A DNA stretch of 64,000 nt, taken from positions 3,168,001-3,232,000 of the forward strand of contig OZ252299.1 of NCBI GenBank assembly GCA_965250285.1. Reading direction: 5' to 3'. The DNA is from Myxococcota bacterium. GTDB lineage: Bacteria; Myxococcota_A; UBA9160; UBA4427. Positions within the stretch are counted from its first letter, which is position 1, and every line of letters starts with the position of its first letter. Made by a program: the position numbers and the translations under genes. Below, in pieces: positions 1-9,790 of this stretch. The notes under the pieces were generated by a model. It was given only the letters and a program-made list of their open reading frames with translations. It was not told the origin of the DNA and did not search any database.

Positions 1-266
1 GCGCCGGTCTGCACGATGGTCAGGTCGTAGAAGGCCCGGATCGCGTCCTTGCTGCCCTTCGGGTTCATCGGCTCGAGGTCGGGGACGTCGTGAGCGAGAT
101 AGCGTGGCGACTCACTCAGGGTCTCGACGACGCCTTCGATGTCGGCTCGGGCCTCGGCCTGCATGTGATCGAGCACGAGCTGCAGGTTGCGCCGCACGAC
201 CTCGTCGGTCTCGCTCTTGAGCCGCTCTTCGACGAGGCGCCAGGTCTTGTTCGGGTCGAGCTTCAC
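1..266 (-). CDS. SnoaL/NTF2-like protein, 3' end outside window
   Basis: GTG at 266 after GAAGGAGAG RBS; reads MKLDPNKTWRLVEERLK...HMQAEARADIEGVVETL...GSKDAIRAFY and is open to the window edge. Confidence 0.6.
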   Translation of the reverse strand, partial: MKLDPNKTWRLVEERLKSETDEVVRRNLQLVLDHMQAEARADIEGVVETLSESPRYLAHDVPDLEPMNPKGSKDAIRAFYDLTIVQTG

Positions 267-301
267 GGGGCTCTCCTTCGCTGCGGGTGGCAATAGACCG
301 G

Positions 302-676
302 CTATGCCGACGCCACATCGACTCGGTCGGGATAGAACGCGACGTAGTCGCGAATCGCGGCGACCTCATCGAACGGGTCTTCGTAGCTCCAGGCCACGTT
401 CTCGGCCGGCGTGTCGCCGCAGGTGAACGTCCAGTACGAGGCTTCGCCCTTGAAGGGGCAGAAGCTCTCGTGCTGCGTGCGCTCGGCGAGGTCGAGCCGC
501 ACGTCGGCGCGAGGGAAGTAGATGACCGGCGTGTGGTTCGATTCGCGCACGACCAGGGCGGCGTCGCTCTCGGCGATGACGACGTCGCCGAGCGTGGCGC
601 GCATGCGCTCGGAGCTCGTCTCGGTGTCGACGCGGTAGTCGGGGTGCTTGGCGTAGAGCGATTCGCGCTTCGGCAT
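302..676 (-). CDS. DUF427 domain protein
   Basis: PVIYFPRADV, SFCPFKGEASYW, NVAWSYEDP motifs. Confidence 0.9.
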   Translation of the reverse strand: MPKRESLYAKHPDYRVDTETSSERMRATLGDVVIAESDAALVVRESNHTPVIYFPRADVRLDLAERTQHESFCPFKGEASYWTFTCGDTPAENVAWSYEDPFDEVAAIRDYVAFYPDRVDVASA

Positions 677-801
677 GGTCGAGTCTCCCAGATCGAGTCG
701 GACGAGATGCAGCATCGCACGTCGCCGCGGCGAGAGCGATTCGGTCCGTGGTGCGACCCGGCCTCCACGCCGGCGGGCACGGGTAGCCCGGGCCGTGCGC
801 G

Positions 802-1392
802 TCAGCGCTGCAGCTTGTCTTCGATCGCCGGCACCAGCCAGCGGGACAGAAAGGCCCTGAGCTCGGGTTCGCTGCGTTGCGGTCCGGCATCGGCCAGCAG
901 GCTGCGCAGCAGCCGAACGAGGATCTCGGCGAGCTCGTCCCGCTCGGCCGCAGTCAGCCCGGGTGCGTCGTCGGCCAGCGCGTGCAGCTCCTCCTGCACG
1001 AAGCCGAGCTTCAGCGCCGACGACACGGTGAACGAGTCGCCGGTCTTCACGAGCTCGCTCAGATGCGCGTCGCGTGGAATCTCGGTGGCCGCGACGACGA
1101 GCGCTTCGACGGCGCGAGCCGCGAGCCCCGATTGGCGGCGGACGCGGGCGCGCAGATGCTCGAGAAAGCCACCGCTCGCCAGGACGGCCGCGGCGCCAAA
1201 GAGATCGTCCGCGTCGACGAAGTAGCGGTACACCGTCTGTCGGGTCACCCCCGCCGCCTCGGCGACGTCGGAGAGGCTGACCTTCGAAGGGCCGAACCGG
1301 TCGATGCAGGCCTGGGCCACGTCGAGCAGATGCCGACGTGCCTCGGCCTCGCCGCCGGGCGGCTGGCCGTTCCAGGCCCTGCGTCGCGCCAT
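802..1392 (-). CDS. TetR/AcrR family regulator
   Basis: HTH SLSDVAEAAGVTRQTVYRYF; ATG after GGAGGAG. Confidence 0.9.
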   Translation of the reverse strand: MARRRAWNGQPPGGEAEARRHLLDVAQACIDRFGPSKVSLSDVAEAAGVTRQTVYRYFVDADDLFGAAAVLASGGFLEHLRARVRRQSGLAARAVEALVVAATEIPRDAHLSELVKTGDSFTVSSALKLGFVQEELHALADDAPGLTAAERDELAEILVRLLRSLLADAGPQRSEPELRAFLSRWLVPAIEDKLQR

Positions 1393-1422
1393 CGATCTCT
1401 CCTCCCTCTCGGCTCTCTCAGC

Positions 1423-1460
<38 letters not shown>

Positions 1461-1515
1461 CAGCCGGCCGGGCGCGCGCCCTCCGGGGCAAGCGCGCCGA
1501 TCGAGCCAAGCATAC

Positions 1516-1544
1516 ATCATACATCGACCGTCAACGTGTATGAT
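1516..1544. promoter_or_regulatory. Inverted repeat ATCATACA-N13-TGTATGAT; probable TetR operator with divergent -10 boxes
   Basis: Perfect 8-bp arms between divergent genes; each arm reads TATGAT on its own strand. Confidence 0.65.
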
Positions 1545-1587
1545 CGGGGCCCTTCATCCGAGTGCCGAACGGAGACGCCCACCCGCC

Positions 1588-2616
1588 ATGGAAGAGCCCC
1601 TCTCGTATGCGATGCGCAATCGCGAAGCCGTCGAGCAGTGGATCAGCTTCAACGCGCCGAGCGAGCTACTCGACTGGAGCTTCCTCGCGATCGAGTTCGT
1701 GCTGTTCGTCGGCGTGGTCTGCGCGGTGGCGCACGCGCGCCGACAGGCGCGAGCGACCGGCCGCCTGTCGGCCATCTACACCCTCATCGGCGCGCTCGTG
1801 TTCGGGCTGCTGAACGACATCGTCTCGTACTACACGGTCGAGAGCTTCTGGCACGGCGAGTTCTCGGTGATGCTCGTCTTCAATCGGCTGCCGCTCTACA
1901 TCTCGGTGCTGCTCGCGACGCTGCTCTATCACACGTGCATGACGATCCGGCGCTTCGACTTCTCGCGCCCGGTCGAAGCGCTGAGCGTCGGCTTCTACAC
2001 GGGCGTGATGTACATGATCTTCGACAACCTCGGCCCGATGTTGAACTGGTGGATCTGGGACCGCGCCGATCCGACCAACCTGCCCTTCCTGAACGCCGTG
2101 CCGATCACGAGCTATTTCTGGCTCTTCGCATGGACCGCGATCTTCGCGTACATCCAACGCATCGTGTGCTGGGACTGGGTCGACGAGGGGCGGGCGCCGA
2201 AGCAGATCTGGGCGGGCGTCATGCTCTTTCCGCTCGTGACGTGCATCGTCGGGATCATCGTCTTCATCCCGTTGAACATTCTGGCGATGAACGATCTGCA
2301 CGGCTGGATCGGGGCGCTCTATGCGCTGACCTTCGGCGCGGCCGGCCTGGCCTTCGTGCTGCACTTCAGGCGCCCCGCCGTGCCACGCGACCCGCTGCTC
2401 ATGGTCTTCCCACTCGTGTGGGCCGCCGGGCACGTCTACGTGTACGCCGCGAAGTTCGACATCTACTACGCGGTCACCCCCGACGGCCTCTCGGCCGAGG
2501 GCCTCGCCGTCGGCAACCTCTTCGTCGCGACCCTGGCCATCGTCGCCTTCACGGCCATGACGTTGGTCTCGCATCCAGTCGCCGACGCCACCCACCGCCC
2601 GGAGACCGCCCGATGA
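1588..2616 (+). CDS. Polytopic membrane protein of unknown function
   Basis: Many hydrophobic segments; stop overlaps next start (ATGA). Confidence 0.75.
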   Translation: MEEPLSYAMRNREAVEQWISFNAPSELLDWSFLAIEFVLFVGVVCAVAHARRQARATGRLSAIYTLIGALVFGLLNDIVSYYTVESFWHGEFSVMLVFNRLPLYISVLLATLLYHTCMTIRRFDFSRPVEALSVGFYTGVMYMIFDNLGPMLNWWIWDRADPTNLPFLNAVPITSYFWLFAWTAIFAYIQRIVCWDWVDEGRAPKQIWAGVMLFPLVTCIVGIIVFIPLNILAMNDLHGWIGALYALTFGAAGLAFVLHFRRPAVPRDPLLMVFPLVWAAGHVYVYAAKFDIYYAVTPDGLSAEGLAVGNLFVATLAIVAFTAMTLVSHPVADATHRPETAR

Positions 2617-3452
2617 GCACGCCGCCCGAGATCGCTGCGCCGAAGCGAGCGGAGATCAAGTCGAAGAAGATCCAGATCGATCTCGAGGGCCTCGAGCCCG
2701 CCTGGTGCGACGACGACTTCTACCGGATCTTCTACAACATCCTGAACGCCGCGATCCCGGCCTTCGAACGCTACGTCATTCGTGCCCTGGGCGAGGTCAA
2801 GAAGGACCCGCGCCTCGAAGACGAACCGAGGCTCCGCCAGCTGATCGACGTGTTCATCCGCCAAGAGGCGGAGCACACTCGGCAGCACGTTCGAACCAAT
2901 CGCCTGATCGGCATGGATCGAATCAAGACGATCCAGGTCACCGAGAAGATCACGAGATTCATCCAGCGCCTGACCCCCACGTACGTCTCGGTCGCCGCCG
3001 CCGGCTTCATCGAGTTCGTGGGCTTCGGCTTCTTCAAGAGCCACATCGACCGCGACGTCCTCGACACCAGCGGCATGCAGCATGAGATGGCGAAGCTCTG
3101 GAAGTGGCACATCGCCGAAGAGCTCGAGCACTCGTTCATCAAGCTCAAGGTGATCAACCACCTCGACGACGCGTACTGGATCAAGGCGGCGGGCTTCGTC
3201 GAGGGCAACTTGATGTCGCAGCTCTTCGTGACGGTGCTCATCCCCGAGATCGTCTGGCGCGATGCCAAGACCCACGGCAAGCCGTTCTGGCCCCACCTCA
3301 AGATGTTCCTGTCGGGGCTCCGTGACACCGAGTGGGGCGTCGACAACGAGTCGTTGAGTCAGTACTTCCGAAAGGGCTTCGACCCCGAGATCAAGGATGC
3401 GTGGGTGGCCGAGCGCATCGACCAGTGGGTCGATGAGACCCGCGCGGCCTGA
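2613..3452 (+). CDS. Predicted metal-dependent hydrolase family (ferritin-like, two ExxH motifs)
   Basis: PAFERY, FIRQEAEH, LWKWHIAEELEH. Confidence 0.8.
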   Translation: MSTPPEIAAPKRAEIKSKKIQIDLEGLEPAWCDDDFYRIFYNILNAAIPAFERYVIRALGEVKKDPRLEDEPRLRQLIDVFIRQEAEHTRQHVRTNRLIGMDRIKTIQVTEKITRFIQRLTPTYVSVAAAGFIEFVGFGFFKSHIDRDVLDTSGMQHEMAKLWKWHIAEELEHSFIKLKVINHLDDAYWIKAAGFVEGNLMSQLFVTVLIPEIVWRDAKTHGKPFWPHLKMFLSGLRDTEWGVDNESLSQYFRKGFDPEIKDAWVAERIDQWVDETRAA

Positions 3453-3468
3453 GCCCGGGCGCAGCCCC

Positions 3469-3834
3469 TCAGCGCAGGCGCACCGTCGGGGCGGGGTCGA
3501 GGTACTCCTCGATCTTCGAGATCAGACCGCCTTGCACCGTGACGACGACGCAGGCGTGCATCTTCAACTCTTCGCCCGAGAGGCTCGTGAGGTGCAGCAC
3601 GTGCTGCTGCAGGTAGCCCCCCTCGATCTCTTCGAGTCGCGTGATCTCGTAGTGGCGGCGGGTCGCCTTGCCCTTCATCCACTCGAGCAGCGCCATGTTC
3701 TGATCGACCGTCTGGGTCTGGTCGTCGAAGTTGTGCCAGATGCCTGCATCGGGCGTCAGGCAGGCGCGCGCGCCATCGACATCGCCGGCCTCGAGGACGT
3801 CCATGAAGCGACGTGCGAGCTCGAGCGTCTTCAT
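3469..3834 (-). CDS. SnoaL/NTF2-like protein
   Basis: EAGDVDGARACLTPDAGIWHNFD...ISKIEEYLD. Confidence 0.85.
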   Translation of the reverse strand: MKTLELARRFMDVLEAGDVDGARACLTPDAGIWHNFDDQTQTVDQNMALLEWMKGKATRRHYEITRLEEIEGGYLQQHVLHLTSLSGEELKMHACVVVTVQGGLISKIEEYLDPAPTVRLR

Positions 3835-3878
3835 CGTTCTCGTTCTCCCTCCCGCACCGCCCGGGACGCGACCGAATC

Positions 3879-4307
3879 TCAGTCGACGAGCGCTTCGACC
3901 CACTCGGGCAGCGCCTCGCCGGCCTCGGAGCGAGCGACGAGCCCCGCGTCGAGATAGTCGCGCCAGCCCCGAATGAGACCGTCTTCGAACTCGAAGATCC
4001 CCATGTACGGCGTCCGCAGACGTCGCCCGTCGGCGTTCACATAGTCGTCGACGCCCTCGACGAGCAGGCTGTCGCCGCTCTGGGCGTGATGCACGATGCG
4101 CCAGCGGATCTCGCGCTGTCCCTGGCCGAACTTGTCGAGGAAGCGACGCACCCGGTCACGGCCGACGAGGGGCCGCGTGCCGACGTGGAAGTGGTAGACC
4201 ACGTCTTCGTGCAGCCGGGCGAGCACGGCCTCGACGTCGCCTCGCTTCCAGTCAGCGATCAGCCCTTCGATCACGTCGATGTGGCGGTGGAATGCCGATC
4301 CGGCCAC
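3879..4307 (-). CDS. SnoaL/limonene-1,2-epoxide hydrolase-like protein
   Basis: VEGVDDY, PYMGIFEFEDGLIRGWRDYLD. Confidence 0.85.
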   Translation of the reverse strand: MAGSAFHRHIDVIEGLIADWKRGDVEAVLARLHEDVVYHFHVGTRPLVGRDRVRRFLDKFGQGQREIRWRIVHHAQSGDSLLVEGVDDYVNADGRRLRTPYMGIFEFEDGLIRGWRDYLDAGLVARSEAGEALPEWVEALVD

Positions 4308-4459
4308 GCCTGCGTCTCCGTGGTGGTGGGGGGCTGCGCGTCGCCGCGTTGGCGATGCCAGCGCCGCTCCCTATCGTCATGAGACCAGCTCGCGCCTCAC
4401 CCCGCAAGGGCGTGTCCCGGGCGACGATCGACGCCGAAGACGAGAGGCAGGAGAGGCCG

Positions 4460-5218
4460 ATGAAAATCGAGGGCTGCAGGGCACTCGTGAGTGGGGGCAA
4501 TCGCGGCATCGGCGAGGCATTCGTGCGTGCGCTGCTCGACGCGGGCGCCGCGCGCGTCTACGTCGGCTCGCGCGCGGTCGGCGGCGCGGCTCACATCATC
4601 GACGCTGCGCCGGATCGCGCCGTCGAGATCGAGCTCGACGTCACCGACGATGCGCAGGTCGGCGCCGCCGCGAAGCGGTGCGACGACGTGAACCTCGTCG
4701 TGAACAACGCTGGCCTCTTCGCCGATCGCCGACTGATCGGGGCCGACGACATCCAAGGTGCCCGCGCCGAGATGGAGGTCAACTACTTCGGCACGTTGCG
4801 CATGTGCCGGGCGTTCGCGCCGGTCCTCGCAGAGCACGACGAGAGCGCGATCGTGAACGTGCTCTCGTCCGCGGCCATCGTGAGCGTCCCCGTCATGGGC
4901 GGCTACAGCCCGTCGAAGTTCGCCGCGCGCGCACTCAGTACGAGCGTGCGCGCCGAGCTCGCGAAGCAGCGAACCCAGGTGATCGCGCTGATCGTCGGCT
5001 CGGTCGATACGCGCATGGCGGCGCAGGTCGAGGGCGCGAAGGAGCCGCCCGAGACGATCGCGCTCGCCGGCCTACGCGCGGTGCGCGAGGGCATCCCCGA
5101 GCTCGACACCGACCCCTTCGCCGAGGCGGTGCGCGCGGGGTTCGAACGCGCGCCCGAGAAGCTCGAACGCAACCTCGCCGCGATGCTCGACCAGGAAGGC
5201 ATGTCGACGGGGCGCTAG
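4460..5218 (+). CDS. SDR oxidoreductase
   Basis: SGGNRGIG, NNAG, YSPSK. Confidence 0.9.
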   Translation: MKIEGCRALVSGGNRGIGEAFVRALLDAGAARVYVGSRAVGGAAHIIDAAPDRAVEIELDVTDDAQVGAAAKRCDDVNLVVNNAGLFADRRLIGADDIQGARAEMEVNYFGTLRMCRAFAPVLAEHDESAIVNVLSSAAIVSVPVMGGYSPSKFAARALSTSVRAELAKQRTQVIALIVGSVDTRMAAQVEGAKEPPETIALAGLRAVREGIPELDTDPFAEAVRAGFERAPEKLERNLAAMLDQEGMSTGR

Positions 5219-5228
5219 CCGCGTCGCC

Positions 5229-6500
5229 TCAGCCCGAAGACGCGCCCAGAGAGCTCAGCACGTTGGCCCGCGCACCGAGCGTGTGCGAGATGCCCGAGAG
5301 CAGGGAGAAGACCCGGCCGACGAGCACGAAGTCGCTCGGGACCGTGACGATCGGGTTCTCTCGAATCTCGTCGAAGAGCCCGCCCGTCATCTCCTCGGTC
5401 AGCTCTCCGTCGAACTGATTCGCTTCGCTGCGGCGCATCATGCGGCGCGCCAACGTGGCGAAGCTGTCGGTCTCGCCCGACTTCGTCTCGAAGCCGAGCT
5501 CGGTGAACGCCCGCACCATCGCCGATTCGTTGAGCGTCATCAGCGAGAAGAGCAGCTCGAACATGCCGAGGCCGAAGCCCTCGGGCAGCTCTTTCGAGAG
5601 CCCGAAGTCGATGAGCACGATGTCGCGGTTCGGCCGCACGAAGAGATTGCCCGGGTGCGGATCGGCGTGGAAGAACCCCGCCGCAAAGACCATCTGGACG
5701 AAGATCGCCATCAGGTCGGCCATCACTTCGGTGGGCTCGAGGCCTGCGCTCTTCATCGCGTCGACGTCGGTCACCTTGATGCCGTCGACGAACTCCATGA
5801 CCAGCACGCGCTCGGTCGAGATCTCGCGGTGGATCTCGGGGACGACCACACCGCCCTCGCGCCGAAAGATCTCGCGCACCCGGTCGGCGCAGTCGGCTTC
5901 GCGCCGAAAGTCGAGCTCGAGCGCGAGGTGCTTGGTGACCTCTTCGAGCAGCGGCAACAGCTCGATCGGCTGCGGGTCGAAGTACTCGTAGACCCGACAG
6001 GCGCGGCGCACGTTCGCGAGGTCGGTGTAGACGACCTTCTCGATGTCGGGATACTGCACCTTGACCGCGACGCGCTGGCCGTCGTGCAGTCGCGCTTCGT
6101 GCACCTGCGCAAGCGACGCCGACGCAATCGGGATGGGGGCGAACTCGGCGAACACGGCGTCGAGCGGCTGACCGAGCTCGCGTTCGACCGCGCTGCGGAT
6201 GACATCGAACGACACCGTCGGCACCGCGTCGTGACACTGCTTGAGGATCTCGATGTACGGCGGAGGAAAGATGTCCGACCGCGTCGCGATCACCTGACTC
6301 ACCTTGATGATCACGCCGCGCAGCGAGAGCGTGCACGCGAGGATCTCGCGCGCCGCGCGTTCGTGCGTCTTCGTCAGGTCGTCGGGCGGACCGAGCCGCA
6401 GCAGCCTGCGTCCCCACTCGGGCACCTTGTAGGTGAGATAGATGTAGAGACCGCTGTACGCGATGCGCAGGCTGCGCAGGAACCGGATCAGCGCGTTCAC
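5229..6500 (-). CDS. AarF/ABC1/UbiB family atypical kinase
   Basis: IASASLAQVH, VAVKVQYP, HADPHPGN, IDFG. Confidence 0.92.
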   Translation of the reverse strand: MNALIRFLRSLRIAYSGLYIYLTYKVPEWGRRLLRLGPPDDLTKTHERAAREILACTLSLRGVIIKVSQVIATRSDIFPPPYIEILKQCHDAVPTVSFDVIRSAVERELGQPLDAVFAEFAPIPIASASLAQVHEARLHDGQRVAVKVQYPDIEKVVYTDLANVRRACRVYEYFDPQPIELLPLLEEVTKHLALELDFRREADCADRVREIFRREGGVVVPEIHREISTERVLVMEFVDGIKVTDVDAMKSAGLEPTEVMADLMAIFVQMVFAAGFFHADPHPGNLFVRPNRDIVLIDFGLSKELPEGFGLGMFELLFSLMTLNESAMVRAFTELGFETKSGETDSFATLARRMMRRSEANQFDGELTEEMTGGLFDEIRENPIVTVPSDFVLVGRVFSLLSGISHTLGARANVLSSLGASSG

Positions 6501-7594
6501 CGGGCTGCTTCCGCCTCCAGATCGAGCTCGAAGCCCGTGCGCTCCGGCGGCTGCCAGGGGCGCGCGAGGCCCTCGAATTCCTGTCGGATCGAGTCGGCCG
6601 AGGCGTGGCCGATGAGCGCGTCATCGAGCGCATCACGGGTCTCACCCTGCTGCTCCTCGGGCCGGCTGCGTGTCATCTGGTCGAGGATGCCGTGCAGGTA
6701 GCCGTGCACGAGCCAGCGACCCGGCAGGGTCTCACCCTCGGTCGTTCGCACGGTGCGCGCCGCGAGCTCGCTGAGCGCGGTGCGCAGATACTCGACGTGC
6801 GGCGCCTCGTCGGTCTGGATGTAACCGACCATGGCCGCCGCCTCCTTCGGCGCGGCCGAGACCTGCTCGTTGCCGAGCACCGTCTTGCCCCACTCGAAGA
6901 TCCGCTTCGCGAATACCTCGATCACGTAGACCTGCGCCATGGTCGCCACCATGCGCTCGAGCTTTTCGTCGACCATCGGAAACCGGCGCTCGCGCGCGCC
7001 GCCCCGCCCGCGTCGCCCCATGATGCGCATCAGCACGTCGCCCGGGATCTTCGGGTTGTCGAAGGCGAGATCGCGGGCCGCCTCCCACATCTGCTTGTGG
7101 CCGCCCTCGTTCTTGTGACCAGCCTCGTCGCGCGCATGCGCCTCGAAGAGCCCCTGATCGAGGTGCGCCAACGCCGTGCCGTCGACCGATTCGACGATGT
7201 TCTCGCCGAGATCGGGCACGCGCACGTCGCGGATGATCGCGCCGAAACCCTCGACGATCGAGATCACCGTCACGGTGCGCACGATGGGCTCGACGACGCC
7301 CTCACGCAGGAGCAGGATCGCCTGGTCTTCGTTCGGATACTGCGGCGGAAGCAGCGCCTCGTCGATCTCGACCAGCGCGTGACCGTCGGCCGCGAGCCGC
7401 GCCTGCCACGCGTCGATCGCCGGCTGGCGGTGGAGTGTGCGCGGTGAGAAGTACTGCCCCGCCTCATCGAAACCGCCGTGGCAGCGCACGCCGTTGGCGA
7501 AGAGCGGCTCGAGTCGGTCGCCGCTCGCAAGCAGCTCCTGGGGTGTGAAAACGCGGTTCGACGGATCGACCGTCGCGGACAGGCTCTCGGACAT
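6497..7594 (-). CDS. Ferritin-like diiron-carboxylate protein of unknown function
   Basis: IVEGFG...RDEAGH...VIEVFA...TDEAPH ligand pattern. Confidence 0.6.
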   Translation of the reverse strand: MSESLSATVDPSNRVFTPQELLASGDRLEPLFANGVRCHGGFDEAGQYFSPRTLHRQPAIDAWQARLAADGHALVEIDEALLPPQYPNEDQAILLLREGVVEPIVRTVTVISIVEGFGAIIRDVRVPDLGENIVESVDGTALAHLDQGLFEAHARDEAGHKNEGGHKQMWEAARDLAFDNPKIPGDVLMRIMGRRGRGGARERRFPMVDEKLERMVATMAQVYVIEVFAKRIFEWGKTVLGNEQVSAAPKEAAAMVGYIQTDEAPHVEYLRTALSELAARTVRTTEGETLPGRWLVHGYLHGILDQMTRSRPEEQQGETRDALDDALIGHASADSIRQEFEGLARPWQPPERTGFELDLEAEAAR

Positions 7595-7703
7595 GCGGGT
7601 TCTCCCACCGCACGAGGCGCGCGACCGCGCGGTCGCCCGAGTCTAGCGGGGCTGGCCCGGTGCCCGCGAATCCCCGGGTGCCATCGTGGGCTAGGGTCGT
7701 CGC

Positions 7704-8321
7704 ATGAAGCTGTACACATACTCGGGCGCGCCGAACCCGCGCCGTGTCCACATCTATCTCGCCGAAAAGGGCATCGAGGTGCCCTTCGAGCAGGTCGACA
7801 TCATGAAGCGGGCGAACCGCGAGCCCGGCTTCATGCGCGACGTGAACGCGCTGGGCGGTCTGCCGGTGCTCGAGCTCGACGATGGCTCGCACATCGCCGA
7901 GTCGGTGGCGATCTGCCGCTTCTTCGAGGCGCGCCAGCCCGACCCGCCGCTCTTCGGCGAGTCGCCCGAGGCCCAGGGGCGCGTCGAGATGTGGCTCCGG
8001 CGCGTCGAGCTGAACGGGATGATGCCCGTCGGGATGGTCTGGCTGCACGGCTCACCGCTCACCCGCGCGGTCGTGAAGCAACAGATCCCGGAGGTGGCAG
8101 AGCAGTACCGCCGGGTGTTCCGCGATTTTCACACCCTGCTCGACCGTCGACTCGCGGAGCACGCCTACCTCGCGGGTGACGACTACTCGATGGCCGACAT
8201 CCTTGCGCTCTGCACGCTCGACTTCGCGGCCGGTCTCAATGACCTGCCCTGGTCCGAAGAGCAGACGCATCTCGCGCGCTGGCACGCGTCGGTCTCGGCG
8301 CGGCCCAGCGCGTCGGCGTGA
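7704..8321 (+). CDS. Glutathione S-transferase family protein
   Basis: APNPRRV, LPVLELDDG, ESVAICRF, SMADI. Confidence 0.92.
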   Translation: MKLYTYSGAPNPRRVHIYLAEKGIEVPFEQVDIMKRANREPGFMRDVNALGGLPVLELDDGSHIAESVAICRFFEARQPDPPLFGESPEAQGRVEMWLRRVELNGMMPVGMVWLHGSPLTRAVVKQQIPEVAEQYRRVFRDFHTLLDRRLAEHAYLAGDDYSMADILALCTLDFAAGLNDLPWSEEQTHLARWHASVSARPSASA

Positions 8322-8337
8322 GGCCGCGCCGCCGGTC

Positions 8338-8622
8338 TCAATCCTGGTAGCGGTGCATCGTGGGCGGACCGTCGAGGAAGGGCCCGATCTTCGCCATCTC
8401 GCCCATGGCGGGCGACTTGCCGTGCGCGTCGAGCTCTTCCTGCGAGGCCCACGACTCGACGAGCACATAGCGCGTGTCGCTGTCGACGCTCTTGAAGAGA
8501 TCGTACATCTCGCAGCCGGCGTCCTCGGCCTTGACCTTGGCGATCGCCGCACCGGCGGCGGACTCGAAGTCGGCGGCGCTGCCGGGCTTGATGTTGAACT
8601 GGACGGTGAGTCGGAAGGACAT
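8338..8622 (-). CDS. Antibiotic biosynthesis monooxygenase (ABM) family protein
   Basis: EDAGCEMYDL, YVLVESW, LDAH; 94 aa. Confidence 0.85.
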   Translation of the reverse strand: MSFRLTVQFNIKPGSAADFESAAGAAIAKVKAEDAGCEMYDLFKSVDSDTRYVLVESWASQEELDAHGKSPAMGEMAKIGPFLDGPPTMHRYQD

Positions 8623-8699
8623 GGGGGCTCCATCAGAGGGGTTCGGTTCGTTCGACCCCGTCGATCGGGGACGCGCGAGCCTAGCGCGACCCGAACGCC

Positions 8700-9596
8700 C
8701 TACATCAGCACCCCACGCTCGTCCGGCAAGAGCTTCTCGGGCACATCGGGGTCGCCCACCATCTGCCGCAGGTCGATCTCGATCGTGTTGCAGAGCGCCG
8801 TCATCGGCGTGTCGGAGCCGCGGTTGCGAAACGGATCCTGCAGCTCGAGGGCCACCCCCTCGATCGTGGCGAAGAAGAGCGCGACGAAGAAGCAGATGGG
8901 CACCACGAAGATGTCGGTCGAGTACAGCATGCCGAACGGCAGCATGATCACGAAGATCACGATGCCCGCGCGCGTATAGACGTCGTAATCGACGGGGAAG
9001 ACCGTATTGTTGATGCGCTCGCACTTGCCCATGTGGTCGCAGAGGCGCTTCAGGGTCTCGTCGATGGCGAGGGAGCCGAAGCCGTCGAGCGCCTCGCGTT
9101 CGCGCAGACCCCGCAGCGTCGTCTGCATCGACTCGAGGATCGCGTTGGCCTTGTTTGCACGCCCCTCGAGCGCCGCGCGCTCGGCCGCGTCGAGATGGGC
9201 CTCGAGCCCCTCGAGCGGATCCTCCGCGCGCAGCTGGCTGCGCAGGGCCTTGCACCACGCGACCTGATGGTGGGCGAGCGAGGCGACGACATCGGCGCAG
9301 GCCGGATCGACGAAGCCCCGCAGCTGACGCACGAACGTCCGGCTGTCGTTGACGATGCCGCCCCACACCTTGCGCGCCTCCCACCAGCGGTCGTAGGCCG
9401 CGTTCGTCCGAAAACCGAGCAACAGCGAGACCGAGATGCCGAGCACCGTCGAAATCGACATCGTCAGGTCGATGTGGGTGAAGCCGGCGTATTCGTAGAG
9501 ATAGTGAACGCCGGCAACGAACAAGACGTAGACGAGCGCCGGCAGCCGCAGCTGTCTCAGCAGGTGGGTCGACGTGTGGAGCGGATTCGTGTGCAA
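8700..9596 (-). CDS. Bestrophin family channel
   Basis: LLLGFRTNAAYDRWWEARKVWG, GKCERINNT, LQDPF; TTG start after GAGGT inferred. Confidence 0.9.
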   Translation of the reverse strand: MHTNPLHTSTHLLRQLRLPALVYVLFVAGVHYLYEYAGFTHIDLTMSISTVLGISVSLLLGFRTNAAYDRWWEARKVWGGIVNDSRTFVRQLRGFVDPACADVVASLAHHQVAWCKALRSQLRAEDPLEGLEAHLDAAERAALEGRANKANAILESMQTTLRGLREREALDGFGSLAIDETLKRLCDHMGKCERINNTVFPVDYDVYTRAGIVIFVIMLPFGMLYSTDIFVVPICFFVALFFATIEGVALELQDPFRNRGSDTPMTALCNTIEIDLRQMVGDPDVPEKLLPDERGVLM

Positions 9597-9790
9597 GTGA
9601 GACCTCGGGCAGAATCGGATGCGCGCGTCGGCTGGGCCGCCACGAGCCCCAGCAGGATGCCGCCGTCCGAGAAAAGGACAAGCGCCACACTGCCCGAAAC
9701 CGCAACGAACGTCGCGCGCAGCGTCGGGTTCGATCGAACTCGGGCGAAGACCTATCCTCACCCGCGAGACGCCCTCGACGAGGAGACCCG

